Source: Azolla caroliniana (lineage: Eukaryota; Plantae; Polypodiophyta). From it: a stretch of DNA of 64,000 nt. The DNA is taken from contig JBHGNT010000022.1 in NCBI GenBank assembly GCA_043228905.1, positions 2,480,001 to 2,544,000 on the forward strand. The letters are read 5' to 3'. Below the pieces are notes generated by a model. The model made no database searches and was not told the DNA's origin. It was given only the letters and a program-made list of their open reading frames with translations. Each line of letters begins with the position of its first letter. The first letter of the stretch is position 1. Shown piece by piece: positions 39,001-52,520 of the stretch. A program made the translations under genes and the position numbers.

Positions 39001-41831
39001 ATGGACTACCAAGCACTCTCTGAAGCGGCCAAGAAGTAGCTAAGGCAACACGGGTTAGAAGGTTTCCTCACAATCATGGAGGCTCCACCGCACTGGGAGG
39101 CGGAAAAGATAGTAAAGGAGATCGACACGGAACTGATCACGGAGGAGGCCATCCATGCTTTGATTGGCCTTCTAGAGGGGGGCATCTTCACTACCGACAA
39201 CCCTACCCCGGAGCAGCTTCAAAAATATTTTGGGGAATATTCTCTGGCCCGCAAGGCCTACCGGACACAGGGCGGCGAAGATCCACTATTTCGAGAGACT
39301 GCTCGTGTGCTCCATGAATTTGGACATGTATACCCTCGACCCCCGTGCATGCCTCAGATTCAAGCCGGTTTAATCGTAGCAACATATGAAGGCGTGAAGG
39401 TGGACTGGCCGGTAGTGATTGCGGATGGCCTCTATGTGGCCATCGACTCTGTAAGAGGCAAGGAGGGTCGGAAGATATGGACGGCAGTGATGCAATAGCT
39501 CACCCTATTGGCACCACCTATCGAGCCTGTCAAGACCACGAAGTGGGCAAGAACAACCGAAGGCACCCCGAAAACGGCCTCGAAACGGCAGTAGCTGTTG
39601 GCCCCTAAGGCAACCAAAGGGAAGGCGGCCGACACGGACCAGGCGGTGAAGGAGCGCACTAATAGGAAGCGGCATGCGGAAATGCAAGAGGAGCCACCGG
39701 CACGGCCAATCAAGATCAGACTACACGGACTGGTTCAACAAGAGCCGGACCCCTTGGCAGCAAAAATCAACATCGGGACTCAGGATGAGGAAGCGGAGGA
39801 GGAACCGTTAGAGCACCTCCAACGGCGCCAGAAGGCAAGCACCTCCGAACAGGCCGGGGAGCGTTCAGACCCAAGGAAGGATGGAACGCCTCTACCCCGC
39901 ACTGAGCATCCCACACCAAGGATGGAACCGGAACCGGTTCAGATAGAACCAGTCACAGAGCTCCCTGCACAAAAAACTATACCAGCTGGTCAGGATACGG
40001 GAAGACCTGAAACGCAAGCGCCATAAGTACAATTGCCTACCCCACCGGCAGGTCAAGAGCATCAGAGGCGGAGCGGCCAATGGAGCCGGAACCAAAATGG
40101 CAAAGTGGTCACCAACCAGAAGCAGAGTTGCAGCTCGACGCAAGAGGACAAAACCGACCACTGGCCAATGACACCAACATCCAACCCTCTGGGCAAACGC
40201 AACAACAGGGCACTGGCAGCCAATGGCTCCGATGGATTGGAGAACAGATTGCTAGAGTGGTACACTACATAGAGGCGAAAGAGAAAGCGCAGATGGACCG
40301 GTTGCTCGTCACAACCGGAGAACTAGAGACGGCCCAGTCAAGGATCCGGAGCCTAGAAGAAGACTTGGACCTGGCCACAGAAGAATTGGCCAAACTGGCC
40401 TTAACCGGGCCACAGTTCCAAGCATCGGTGCCTCCGGTAGATGTACATTATAAAGACACACTGGCACCTGTACATACGAATAAGACCCCGGAGACGGAAC
40501 CAATCCCGGAGATAGTGGCGGCGCAAGCAAAAGAGCTTGTTGAATTGAAAGATGAACTGGCCGCACAAGAAGCATTACGCACCCGAGAGCGGGACTTCAA
40601 GAAAGCGGCAGAAGAAGAGCAAAGAAAGACTGTTGAGAACCTCCGTCGGGCAGAAGAGAATCTATGGAAAGGACATCAGGCATATGACCGGCTCAAGGAG
40701 GAGAAAGAGAAGGCGCTACAAGAAAAGGAGAAGTTGCGACGGATGGCGGAAACAGAGATCGAAAGACTTAAAGAAGAACTCCGTCAACAGAACGATCGGG
40801 AAGACCGCGCTCGCCGGCAACTCAACCAGAAGTTGAAGCAGAAGACCGATGATTTCGAGCACCTGCACCGGGACTAAAAGCACCTGGATACGGAGCATAA
40901 GAAACAGCAGGAGAAGATGGTAGAGCTCCGGCAAGAGGTGCATCGAGCAGAGACGGCACTAGCGGAGGAACGGGCTGAAAGAACCACGCTACTGGAGGAA
41001 GCCACGCAAGAACATATGGAGCTCCATAAACAGCATAATGAAGAGAAGGAAAGAGCGACAATGGTATTGCAGAGGTTGCGGAACACCTACCAACACCAAT
41101 TGTCACATTACCGGGAGCAGGAGGCGGACACGGTGGCGCTGATCAAGCAATTGAAGGAAGAACGGCAAGCCGAGGAGGACAAATCAAAGATGGGATTGGA
41201 ACGAATCCAGTTCATTGTCCAGGCATGGAGGAACAATACCAAACGCTTGATTGATGAAAGCTCCGCGCAATGGTGGGACAAATGGGCAAAGCACACAGCC
41301 AAGCTCCAGTTGCTAAGGGCGAACGCGGAAAACCGGCAAAAGGATGGCGACGACTGCTACATGCTAACAAAAGAGGACTTCACCGTCGTAAGAGATGAGT
41401 TAGCAGAAGATTTTGTAACTCTGGGGGAGGAATAGTCAGCAGTGGTCCGGCAATTGGTAGCACAGTTGGACGATGATTGACTAGAGGCTCAAATCCAGTT
41501 TGAAAGCTATGAGCAAACCAGACTACGAAAAGGAGAAACAAAGCAGGCGGCGACTGTCAACCTCAACGATGAGGAGCCATCGCCAGAGCAAGGACCGGAC
41601 AGAGACAAGGCTGGAGCGAGTCTACCGCAGTCAAATCCGGCAAAGCAGCTAATGGAGGAATCACCGCCACAACCGTCGGTATCGGGAGCCGAACAGACGC
41701 CATCTAAGGAGCAACAGTCGGAGGAGTCGGAGCCACAACAACAACAGCCACAACAGCAACAACAACAAATTTCCGAAGAACCATTGGATACCCTAGAGCA
41801 AAGTATTCTAGATATCTTGGACGAAGGCTAA
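39001..41831 (+). pseudogene. Extra sense ORF of the Gypsy element (globular N-terminus, Pro/Glu-rich linker, long coiled coil), broken by stops
   Basis: Consecutive ORFs 39076-39498, 39598-40026, 40080-40877 and 40917-41435 lie between pol and the 3' LTR; heptad-like E/K/R/Q-rich region. Confidence 0.75.
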
Positions 41832-41884
41832 GGGCCGGATAGTGGGATTCGACGTACAAGGTACTGTCCCACAGGTGTGCCATG

Positions 41885-42326
41885 TGTTACCCGGTCGGCA
41901 AAGGAGTTAAAAACCAAAATGTGAAAGGGATTGTTATTCAGAATCTATTTTAATTAAGTAGAATAGTGGGACGTGAACGGACGGACTGGAATCAGTATGC
42001 CGATCCGGATCCGGACCGGTTCCGAACAGGTGCCAGTTGGCACCGTTTTGTACTCAGCACCGGTGACCTATATAAAGGCCCGGTTACAATGTAGAACTTT
42101 AAGGGAGAATTAATATAAGCTTCTTGTTTTATCTTCATGTACTGATTACCGTTCTATATTAATTGTTATATCTTACGCGTGTATTAAGTTAATGCCGTAT
42201 TGTTTAAGGAACCAATTAAGTCTGATTAATCGTTGTGTCTTAAGTTATCTTGCCGTAACACCCCTTTGGTGAAGTGTCTTCTGTAGACACCCTGTGTTAG
42301 GCCATTGTCTGGCCTAAGGATTAACA
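41885..42326 (+). repeat. 3' LTR of the non-chromovirus Gypsy
   Basis: Direct repeat of 20159-20600; followed by TSD AAGGG. Confidence 0.95.
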
Positions 42327-42552
42327 AAGGGAAAAGAAAGGGTGGAAAGGATGTATAGAAGCTCGTGTAAAAGTAAGAGAGAGGAGAGATAAAAAGTAGA
42401 GGGGAGACAGGCTATGAATTTGTAGAGATAGAATTATATATCATATAAGAGAGACTTAATGGGCTAGTGTATAGTCACATTGACTTCTAGCTCGAGGTGC
42501 ACGGTGTCGTTGCGTGGCTTGCCTAGAAGCATAGCGTTGCGTAGACAAAAGA

Positions 42553-43567
42553 TATCATGAAAGTGAGGAAGGAATCACTGGGATTATGGACGGAAGAGAC
42601 GAAAGAGTAGAGATAGAGTAAATAGAGATCAACAAGATATGACAAGATAGGATATTGAATGATATTTGAAGGAATAAAAGAGATTTATAATTATTTGATG
42701 AAAGAGTTACAAAAGTGGTTGTAAGCGTTGTTGATCCTTCGAACTTGGTCTCACAAGATAATCACTCTTCTCTATCTTGATAGTAGGCCACAACAATCTT
42801 CACTTCAATATTTTGGTGAAGATAAGGCCCGAACCGCCTCCCTCTTGTTGAGAGTTGACCACCACGATCGCCAAGCTAGAGCTCCACCTTTATGTTGAAC
42901 TTCTTCCTTTCTTTTTCTATTTTATGGGATCTCTTATGTAATATATATTTGATTGATATCTCACCTCTCCTCCTTTGATCTTCTCTTTCACTATTTAAAT
43001 AGGTGCCCCCATGTATATGATGCATTGGAGGGGTACAAGTCATGCATGTAGTGCATAAAATGCATGATCGCCATTTGGCGTTCATGCATTACATGTGATG
43101 TATGATAGGCATCTCGCTCATTTGAGCTTTCATGTATGAAAAAATATATGGCATAAGAATAAAAATGAAAATACAATTTTAAAAACAAAGGACCTAGCCT
43201 AATGGTAGGTGTGTTGATTTGGTATATGAGGTTGTGGGTTTGAGTCTCTCAAATATTATTGAATACAACATGTAATGTCGTTTTTATATCATGAAGCAAA
43301 TCCTTTATTTTATATATATTATTAGTATAGAGTAAATGGTAAGATTTGAAAGTCATAGGGTGGGGTTATTGGTTCAAGTCCTCTCTTGTTCGTGTAATAT
43401 AATATATTTATCTATATATATATATATATTATTTTTCTTTACATATATATAATATTATCATATGTGTTGTTAATATTATCTTTATATATAAAACATTATC
43501 AAATGTTATTTTAGTTACGTATTTATCTTATTGTAGACATTTAATGAAGCTTCTGTACTTCATGACA
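42553..43567 (-). mobile_element. Possible ~1-kb LTR-like repeat related to 63428-64000
   Basis: Imperfect inverted termini tatcatgaa / ttcatgaca. 42990-43260 resembles 63700-63920. No TSD found. Confidence 0.35.
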
Positions 43568-44139
43568 ACGGTTCAAATCTAGTCTTACAATGCAGCGTGA
43601 TTTAAGGAATTTTATTCCTTTTGCATTGAAGACAAAATTGGCGACCCCCCTTCTTTTTTTCCTATAAAAGGAGGTCGAGGAGGGCTCTTTTGGGAGGAGG
43701 AGACTATCGTCATTTTTCCTTCAGAGCTCCCCTCATCTTCTTCTTCACCACTTCTCTTCATCTCATACCCCTTCATCCCCTCATCACCAGGTGCTCGTCT
43801 TCTTCGCGTTGGCACTCGAAGTGCTCATGAGCCCAAGCTTCGTTGGTATGATGTTGCTTCGCCCCGTTCGTCGTTGTGAGCCCGTGTGCTCGCCGTTCCG
43901 GTGGTCGTGGTTCGTTGGGGTTGGCATTTTGGTGGTGCTCATGTGTTCGTCTTCGCCGTGTTCGAATTTGCTCTTGTCTTTAAGGGCATTTAGTATTTAT
44001 GTTTTGATTGAGCTTGTGGTTAACTAGAAGTTGCCATTGTAATCAAACCCTATTGCGTTGGAATCGAACACGTATTTATTTCTTTGGCCAATATCATTCG
44101 TGTTTCTTTCTTTCTTTCTTTCTTTCTTTGTTCTCGTCC

Positions 44140-45125
44140 ACTTGTACATTCGGCCATATTGTGACGAGGGAGCATTTCGGGCGTGCCCATGCACCTCTCC
44201 TCCTCATAAAGGCATACACACATTTGGGTGTGTGCTTGTGTCTTCCTTGTACGTTCGGTCGTCTTGTGACGAGAGAGCGTTTCGGGCGTGCCCATGCACC
44301 TCTCTTCCTCATAAAGGCGTACGAGCATTTTGTGCGTGTGTTTGTGTCTTCCTTGTACGTTCAATCATCTTGTGACGAGGGAGCGTTTCGGGCGTGCCCA
44401 TGCACCTCTCCTCCTCATAAAGGTGTACGAGCATTTGTGCGTGTGTTTGTGTCTTCCTTGTACGTTCGGCCGTCTTGTGATGAGGGAGCGTTCGGGCTTG
44501 CCCATGCACCTCTCCTCCTCATAAAGGCGTACGAGCATTTGTGCGTGTGTTTGTGTCTTCCTTGTACGTTCGGCCGTCTTGTGATGAGGGAGCGTTCGGG
44601 CTTGCCCATGCACCTCTCCTCCTCATAAAGGCGTACGAGCATTTTGTGCATGTATTTGTGACCTCCTTGTACGTTCGGTCGTCTTGTGAGGAGGGAGCAT
44701 TCCGGGCGTGCCCATGCACCTCTCCTCCTCATAAAGACGTACGAGCATTTGTGCGTGTGTTTGTGTCTTCCTTGTACGTTCGGTCGTCTTGTGACGAGGG
44801 AGCATTCGGGCTTGCCCGTGCACCTCTCCTCCTCATAAAGGCGTACGACCATTTTGTGTGTGTGTTTGTGTCTTCCTTGTATGTTCAGTCGTCTTGTGAC
44901 GAGGGAGCGTTTTGGGCATTCCCATGTACCTCTTCTCATAAAGACGTACCATCATTTGTGTGTGTGTTTGTGACTTCCTTGTATGTTCGGCCGTCTTGTG
45001 ATGAGGGAGCGTTCGGGCTTGCCCATGCACCTCTCCTCCTCATAAAGTCATACGAGCATTTGTGTATGTGTTTTGTGTCTTCCTCCTACATTGCCCATGC
45101 ACCTCTCCTCCTCATAAAGACATAC
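44140..45125 (+). repeat. ~105-bp tandem repeat, about 9 units
   Basis: gcccatgcacctctcctcctcataaaggcgtacgagcatttgtgcgtgtgtttgtgtcttccttgtacgttcgg recurs every 104-107 nt. Confidence 0.92.
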
Positions 45126-48100
45126 GGGCATTCGTGTTTGTGTTATCGTCCCCTTGTGCGTTCATCTTGTGCGCTCATCTTTGCTTGTACCTGTTTTGTT
45201 ACGGGCATGACCATATAATATCCCGTGGTAAGAATTTACCGTAGTATTCTATACACGTGGATAAGTGTGAGGGTTAAACGAGAGTGTAAAGAAGGGGAGG
45301 ATTACTTTTAATCCTCGGGATTGAGACAACCCATTAGGTCAAGTGTGAACTTGCCTGGGGGCCTTGGGTATCGCTATAAATAAGAGGCCTAGCTACCCTC
45401 ATTTGATCATCTTTTGACTACATCGAGACTCTGCTCGTGTGGTGGGTCAACTCTTGTAGCGAGCGCGCCAGCACCAGGTACGACTCGACGCCACGGCGGT
45501 GGTATGGGACGCCGATCGAGGCTCGAGTCCGTCTCGATCCCTTCGCTCGGGGGTGGTCGGGTGGATCGGCACCCTTCTTTCTCTTTCTCCTTTCTATCTT
45601 TCATTTCTTTATCCTTATCTTAAGCTTACTTTAGTACCTAGATCTATAATATTTGGTATCAGATTTTTGTACTAATGTTTCTTTGTTTTTCATTTGTCTT
45701 TTGATTGATGCTGATCGATCGTTGTGCGGTTGGCCTTGATCCAGACAACGATCAATAAAGAACTTCGGTAACTCTTTCCAGAATTTTTCTTTCTATTCTC
45801 TCTTCTCCCATCTAATCATGTGTTTAGTTTATATGTAATTTTTTTCATTAAGTCAATGATGTTGTAGTGGTCTTTAATTGATTATCTAAAACGTTTACAT
45901 ATGTGCACGAGGTCAATACCTCGTTTGACATATTAATAATATGTGATGAGTGTCGTATGCGTACGAGGTTAATACCTCAATTACGTATTACGTTCACGAA
46001 CATATGTTACGTTTGCGTATGAGTTTAATACCTTGATTTGTTGTAAACGATATGCGTTTGGTCTCGTATGCGTAAGAGGTCAATACCTCCATTGCGTATT
46101 ACGATGATCTCTTATTTGTGGATGTTTCGTGTGCGTAGAGGTATATACCTCGATTACATATCTCGATCACATCATTTGTGGCTATTTAATCTAACGATAT
46201 GTTTATTATAGGCATATGTGGTCACATATATACGTATTTGATCGTATATATGTGAAAAGTAAACATATGTGTATATTCGTTATTACGTGATTATGTCGAA
46301 AGTTGTCATGGTCGGGAAAAGGATGTTGGTGGCCGTCCTCACATTTTTGTGAGAATGGCGTTGTCACCATCCCTTTTTCAACATTTTTTTATTGTTGATA
46401 ACCCCATTGACGACCTCGATTTCGTTACGTAAAGAAACGCCATTAGCCAAAATGATGTTGAGTACGTAGGGCTTGACCCACTTCAAGTGAGGTCGCTCCA
46501 ATGACGCACGTATCCAACATCCCTCCCTCGTTACATGGATACGATGCCACCATGAGCTCATTCTTACGAGAGGCATTCGTAATGACGTGACCATGTGATG
46601 GCCCACGTGAGCCTACTACGAAACAAGGGCTCCTTTGGCTTGACCATTAGGTTGCACTTTGGCGTATGCCATCATAATTACGAGACTTGAGGTTAGGTAA
46701 CGTACCAATATAGTTTTGGTAAATGAGGGCGAAATAAGGTCCCTTATCCTATCTCTCTGACATGATGTTATGACTATCTCTCTAACCTTATCCTATTTCT
46801 TTTCCAGAAATAATCTTTACTGAAACTCTGGTTACTTCTGAAGAATTATCTTCTAAACCACATGTACCAGAAAGAATTCTCGATGTTAAAACAAAAAAAT
46901 TACGTACTAAAGAAATCCGAGAATTTAAAATAAAATGGATGGATAAATCAATAAAAGATGCCACATGGGAACGCGAAAATACTCTTAGAACTAACTTCCC
47001 TAACTTTCCATTGCAAGAGTGCAATGTTTTAAAGAGGGGGAGTATGTTACGGGCATGACCATATAATATCCCGTGGTAAGAATTTACCATAGTATTCTAT
47101 ACACGTGGATAAGTGTGAGGGTTAAACGAGAGTGTAAAGAAGGGGAGGATTACTTTTAATCCTCGGGATTGAGACAACCCATTAGGTCAAGTGTGAACTT
47201 GCCTGGGGGCCTTGGGTATCGCTATAAATAAGAGGCCTAGCTACCCTCATTTGATCATCTTTTGACTACATCGAGACTCTGCTCGTGTGGTGGGTCAACT
47301 CTTGTAGCGAGCGCGCCAGCACCAGGTACGACTCGACGCCACGGCGGTAGTATGGGACGCCGATCGAGGCTCGAGTCCGTCTCGATCCCTTCGCTCGGGG
47401 GTGGTCGGGATGATCGGCACCCTTCTTTCTCTTTCTCCTTTCTATCTTTCATTTCTTTATCCTTATCTTAAGCTTACTTTAGTACCTAGATCTATAATAT
47501 ATCTTTTGACTACATCGAGACTCTGCTCGTGTGGTGGTCAACTCTTGTAGCGAGCGCGCCAGCACCAGGTACGACTCGACGCCACAGCGGTGGTATGGGA
47601 CGCCGATCGAGGCTCGAGTCCGTCTCGATTCCTTCGCTCGGGGGTGGTCGGGTGGATCGGCACCCTTCTTTCTCTTTCTCCTTTCTATCTTTCATTTCTT
47701 TATCCTTATCTTAAGCTTACTTTAGTACCTAGATCTATAATATTTGGTATCAGATTTTTGTACTAATGTTTCTTTGTTTTTCATTTGTCTTTTGATTGAT
47801 GCTGATCGATCGTTGTGCGGTTGTCCTTGATCCAGACAACGATCAATAAAGAACTTCGGTAACTCTTTCCATAATTTTTCTTTCTATTTTCTCTTCTCCC
47901 ATCTAATCATGTGTTTAGTTTATATGTAATTTTTTTCATTAAGTCAATGATGTTGTAGTGGTCTTTAATTGATTATCTAAAACGTTTACGTATGTGCACG
48001 AGGTCAATACCTTGTTTGACATATTAATAATATGTGATGAGTGTCGTATGCATACGAGGTTAATACCTCAATTACGTATTACGTTCACGAACATATGTTA

Positions 48101-49167
48101 CGTTTGCGTATGAGTTTAATACCATGATTTGTTGTAAACGATATGCATTTGGTCTCGTATGCGTAAGAGGTCAATACCTCCATTGCGTATTACAATGATC
48201 TCTTCTTTTTGGATGTTTCGTGTGCGTAGAGGTATATACCTCGATTACGTATCTCGATCACATCATTTGTGGCTATTTACTATAACGATATGTTTAATAT
48301 AGGCATATGTGGTCACATATATACGTATTTGATCGTATATATGTGATAAGTAAACATATGTGTATATTCGTTATTACGTGATTATGTCGAAAGTTGTCAT
48401 GGTCGGGAAAAGGATGTTGGTGGCCGTCCTCACATTTTTGTGAGAATGGCGTTGTCACCATCCCTTTTTCAACATTTTTTTATTGTTGATAACCCCGTTG
48501 ACGACCTCGATTTCGGTACGTAAAGAAACGCCAATAGCCAAAATGATGTTGAGTACGTAGGGCTTGACCCACTTCAAGTGAGGTCGCTCCAATGACGCAC
48601 GTATCCAACATCCCTCCCTCTTTACATGGATACGATGCCACCATGAGCTCGTTCTTACGAGAGGCATTCGTAATGACGTGACCATGTGATGGCCCACGTG
48701 AGCCTACTACGAAACGAGGGCTCATTTGTTTTGACCATTAGGTTGCACTTTGGCGTATGCCATCGTAATTACGAGACTTGAGGTTAGGTAACGAACCAAC
48801 ATAAGTTTTGGTAAATGAGGGCGAAATAAGGACCCTTGACATATATGTTCTTTTAAAAAAACATATATGATCAATTGCCTCGCATATCTCTTATACGCAT
48901 CAAACATTAAGCATTCGAGAAGAGCCACCATGAAAAAATCGATATAGAGATCAGGGAAAGACATTTATTTGTCACCCCCATGGTTTTTAAAACACCTTTG
49001 TGTTACCATAGTAACCTGATCTTGAACCTCATCTCATACGTCTAGAGGGGTATTGACGTGAGATAATGATATCGATTAATGCTCGCCCATGATATGTTTA
49101 CATCACGACATGATGTTATGACTATCTCTCTGACCTTATCCTATTTCTTTTCCAGAAATAATCTTTA

Positions 49168-52100
49168 ATGGCTCAAATTAACGACCCGATGTCATCCGCT
49201 CAAGCGGAAGGAACTCAAGGGAATCCTCCTGGACAAATGTCCACTGAGATGTATTTGGCACAAATAACCCAATACCTTAGTTTCACCGCTCAACAGATGA
49301 CCGAACTTCGGCAATCTCAAAGTGCTCTCGAGGCACGTGTCATTAGTCTATAACGTGAGACTAATAGACCTGATGAGCGACAAGGTGAACCATCATTTGT
49401 CGTTAAGCCATTTACGGGAGACAAAAAGGAAAGAACCGAAGAAGCAATCTGCACATGCCTAGGACGATGGGAGTCTCATTTTGAGCTCTATCCCACGCCA
49501 GATAGTACGAAGATTGCATATGTCGGCCGAGAACTCGGGGGTAAGGCCGCCGCCTGGTGGCATGGGCTCCGTACTATGGGGAAATTGCCCGATACCTGGA
49601 CAGATTTTGTCACGGTTTTTAAGGGCCAATTTCTGCAACCTCCCTCTCGAACCAAGGCAGCACAACCTTTAATGAACCTCTCTAGCAAGAAATTTTCCTC
49701 GCTAGAAGACTATGTTCACCATGCTAGAACCCAAATCCAAAAATCGGGTCTAGAAGGGGACAATTGGTTGATAGCTTGTTTTGTCAATGGCATCCCTAGT
49801 TCGGACTATCACTGGATAGTGCACGATAAGGATCCAAAATCCTTCGAAGAGGCCGTTGAAATAGTTCTTCGCTATCAACGCACTTCGAAGAAGGACCATA
49901 ACAAACCCAACGAAGCGCCCGGGACTAAGCAGTCGCAATTCGTTGGGAAACGCAAGACACCCAACGAATTCCTGGATCGCGATTGTAAGCGACAACATCC
50001 TTTTTGTGTATTCTGCAAAAAGAAGGGTCATACAAAAGATCAATGTCGAAAGCTCCAACGGAAAGAGCACGACAACAAAGCTAAAGCTGCAGACCATAAA
50101 GGTCAGATTCCTAATGTCCTTCAGGTCTATACACATCATTTAAGTAATTGTCAATGTTCTTTCCCTCACTATGTATTGGGTCCCAATGATTTACTACGTG
50201 CAAACGGGTATATCAATGGATCTCCCGTACAATTTTTATTTGATTCGGGAAGCTCACACAATTTTGTGAATGATCGTTTGGTTAAGATATGGGGAATCCA
50301 ACCCACCGTAAGTGATCACACCTACACGGTGCACTTGGCTGATGGAAGAGTACAATACATCAACGGGGCGATTCATTCATTAGGAATTTCTATTGATACT
50401 TATATAGAGGAAGTAGACTTCCATGTAATGAATCTTTGTACCACCGATGTAATACTGGGTTATCCCTGGTTTTTTAATAAAAACTCTTCTTTATTTATTG
50501 ATTGGGTTTGTCATTCCATTTCTTTTGTACTAAATGATTGTACGCATTTTATTCAATGTGTAAAAAAACAATCCCTCTCGATTGTTTCCTTGTGTCCATC
50601 AATATCTGAGTTGTCTTGTTCTACGTTATTTTATTGTGTACTTGATCCGGACATTCACGTTTACAATATCGATAATGTCCCGATTCAATTAACATATTTT
50701 GAACAACAACAACTTGATGAAATCTTAAATGATTTTCATGATATTTTTCCAAGTGAACTACCTGATGGGTTACCTCCTAAACGTAATATAGACCATCGTA
50801 TACATATTGTACCTGGTGTTGCACCAATAAGTATACCTCCGTATCGCTTAAGTCGATCCGAAGAAGATGAGGTATCTAAGCAACTAAAGGACTATTTACG
50901 AATGGGTTATATACGTTATAGTAAATCTCCATGGGGTGCACCAGTTCTCTTGGTTAAAAAGAAAGAGGGCACATGGCGTATGTGTATTAATTACCGACGC
51001 TTGAATAAAGTGACGATCAAGAATTCGTATCCATTGCCCCGGGCTGACGATCTAATTGAGCGTCTCCAAGGAGCTCGGTATTTTACGAAACTTGATCTCC
51101 TTACTGGCTACCATCAAATACGAATAAGTGAGGACGATGTTCCTAAAACGACATTTCGTACGCGCTATGGCCATTACGAGTTTTTGGTTATGCCTTTTGG
51201 TTTGACCAATGCTCCGGCTACTTTTCAACAAGAAATGAATGACATTTTCCGAGAACAACTTGGAAAATTTGTCGTTTTTTTCTTGGATGATATTTTAGTT
51301 TATAGCCGTACATTACAAGAACATGCTAGACATGTCCGCTTTGTTTTACAAACATTGCGTGACAAACAGTTTTATGCGAAGATCTCAAAATGTGAGTTCT
51401 TCAAGAAATCAATTACTTATCTAGGACATCTCATAACCGAACGAGGAGTTGAAATTGATCCTTCTCGCATTGAGAAAATCAAGCTTTGGCCCACTCTTCG
51501 GAATATTCGAGAAGTTCGATCCTTCCTTGGTTTTGTGGGGTTTTTGCGAAAGTCTCTTCGTAATTACTCCCAATTGACGACGCCGTTTACTGATCTTTTA
51601 AAAGGTCAAACGCGTAAGTCTACAAAACCTATTGTGTGGAATGCTACACTAGACCTTGCCTTTAAGGAACTCAAGGACCTGGTTTGCAAGGCTCCTTCAC
51701 TTCTTTTACCCGATCCTTCAAAACCTTTTGAGGTTGAAACCGATGCAAGCAATTATGCTATAGGTGTTGTCTTGTATCAAGATGGTAAACCAATAGCATT
51801 CGAGAGTAAGAAACTTGATTCTGCTCAATGTCGGTATACCGTTCAAGAAAAGGAATTATTTGCAGTTATACATGCGCTCAAAACATGGCGCCATTATCTT
51901 TATGGAAATCACTTTGTGGTAACTACGGACCACGAGTCCTTGAAATATTTTTGTGACCAACAAGACCTGAAAGGTCGTAAGGCACGATGGGCTGAACTCA
52001 TCCAGGACTTTGATTTTTCCATACGATATCGTAAAGGTTCCATGAACATTGTCGCTGATGCACTAAGTCGCATCCGTGAAGTTAACATGCTTAGCTTCAC

Positions 52101-52520
52101 TGCAATATCATCAGATCTTTATGATCACCTTCGAGGAAAGTATCCTGATGACAGTTATTTCGCAAAATACTGGGCAAGAGTTGAGTCTGGAACAGACACC
52201 ACCACATCCTCGAAGGAATACTTCCACATTGCTAACGGTTTGCTCTACCGTAATGGGAAGGTTTGTGTTCCAGATTTACCCGAGGTCAAAAAGAGGATTC
52301 TTTTTGAATGCCATGATGCACCCTCAGCAAGGCACCCTGGAATACATCGTACACTCGTTCTCATCTCCACTCAATTTTATTGGCCTAAGATGCGTCCTGA
52401 CATACATAGCTATGTGACTAAATGTCACCAGTGTCAGGTTAACAAAGCCGAGCGACTTAAAGCCGCGGGACTTTTACATCCCTTGGACATTCCCAATAAT
52501 AAGTGGGAAAGTATATCCAA
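49168..52520 (+). pseudogene. Gypsy B gag-pol, 5' part (TAA at 49351, then open to the DNA-transposon insertion)
   Basis: [39 protein letters not shown] and integrase zinc finger; frame breaks at KWESIS. Confidence 0.93.

Larger units (their letters stand above)
20159..42326 (+). mobile_element. Ty3/Gypsy non-chromovirus element (Athila/Tat-like organisation) with extra 3' ORF; carries the Sola2-like insertion
   Basis: 442-bp LTRs 20159-20600 and 41885-42326 (TG...CA). Perfect TSD AAGGG. PBS-like TGGCGACC at ~20608. Confidence 0.95.

Noticed and set aside
44008-45244. Overlapping ORFs in the 105-bp repeat (and in the 83-bp repeat at 27046-27742)
   Set aside because: Repeat-generated frames without domain signal.
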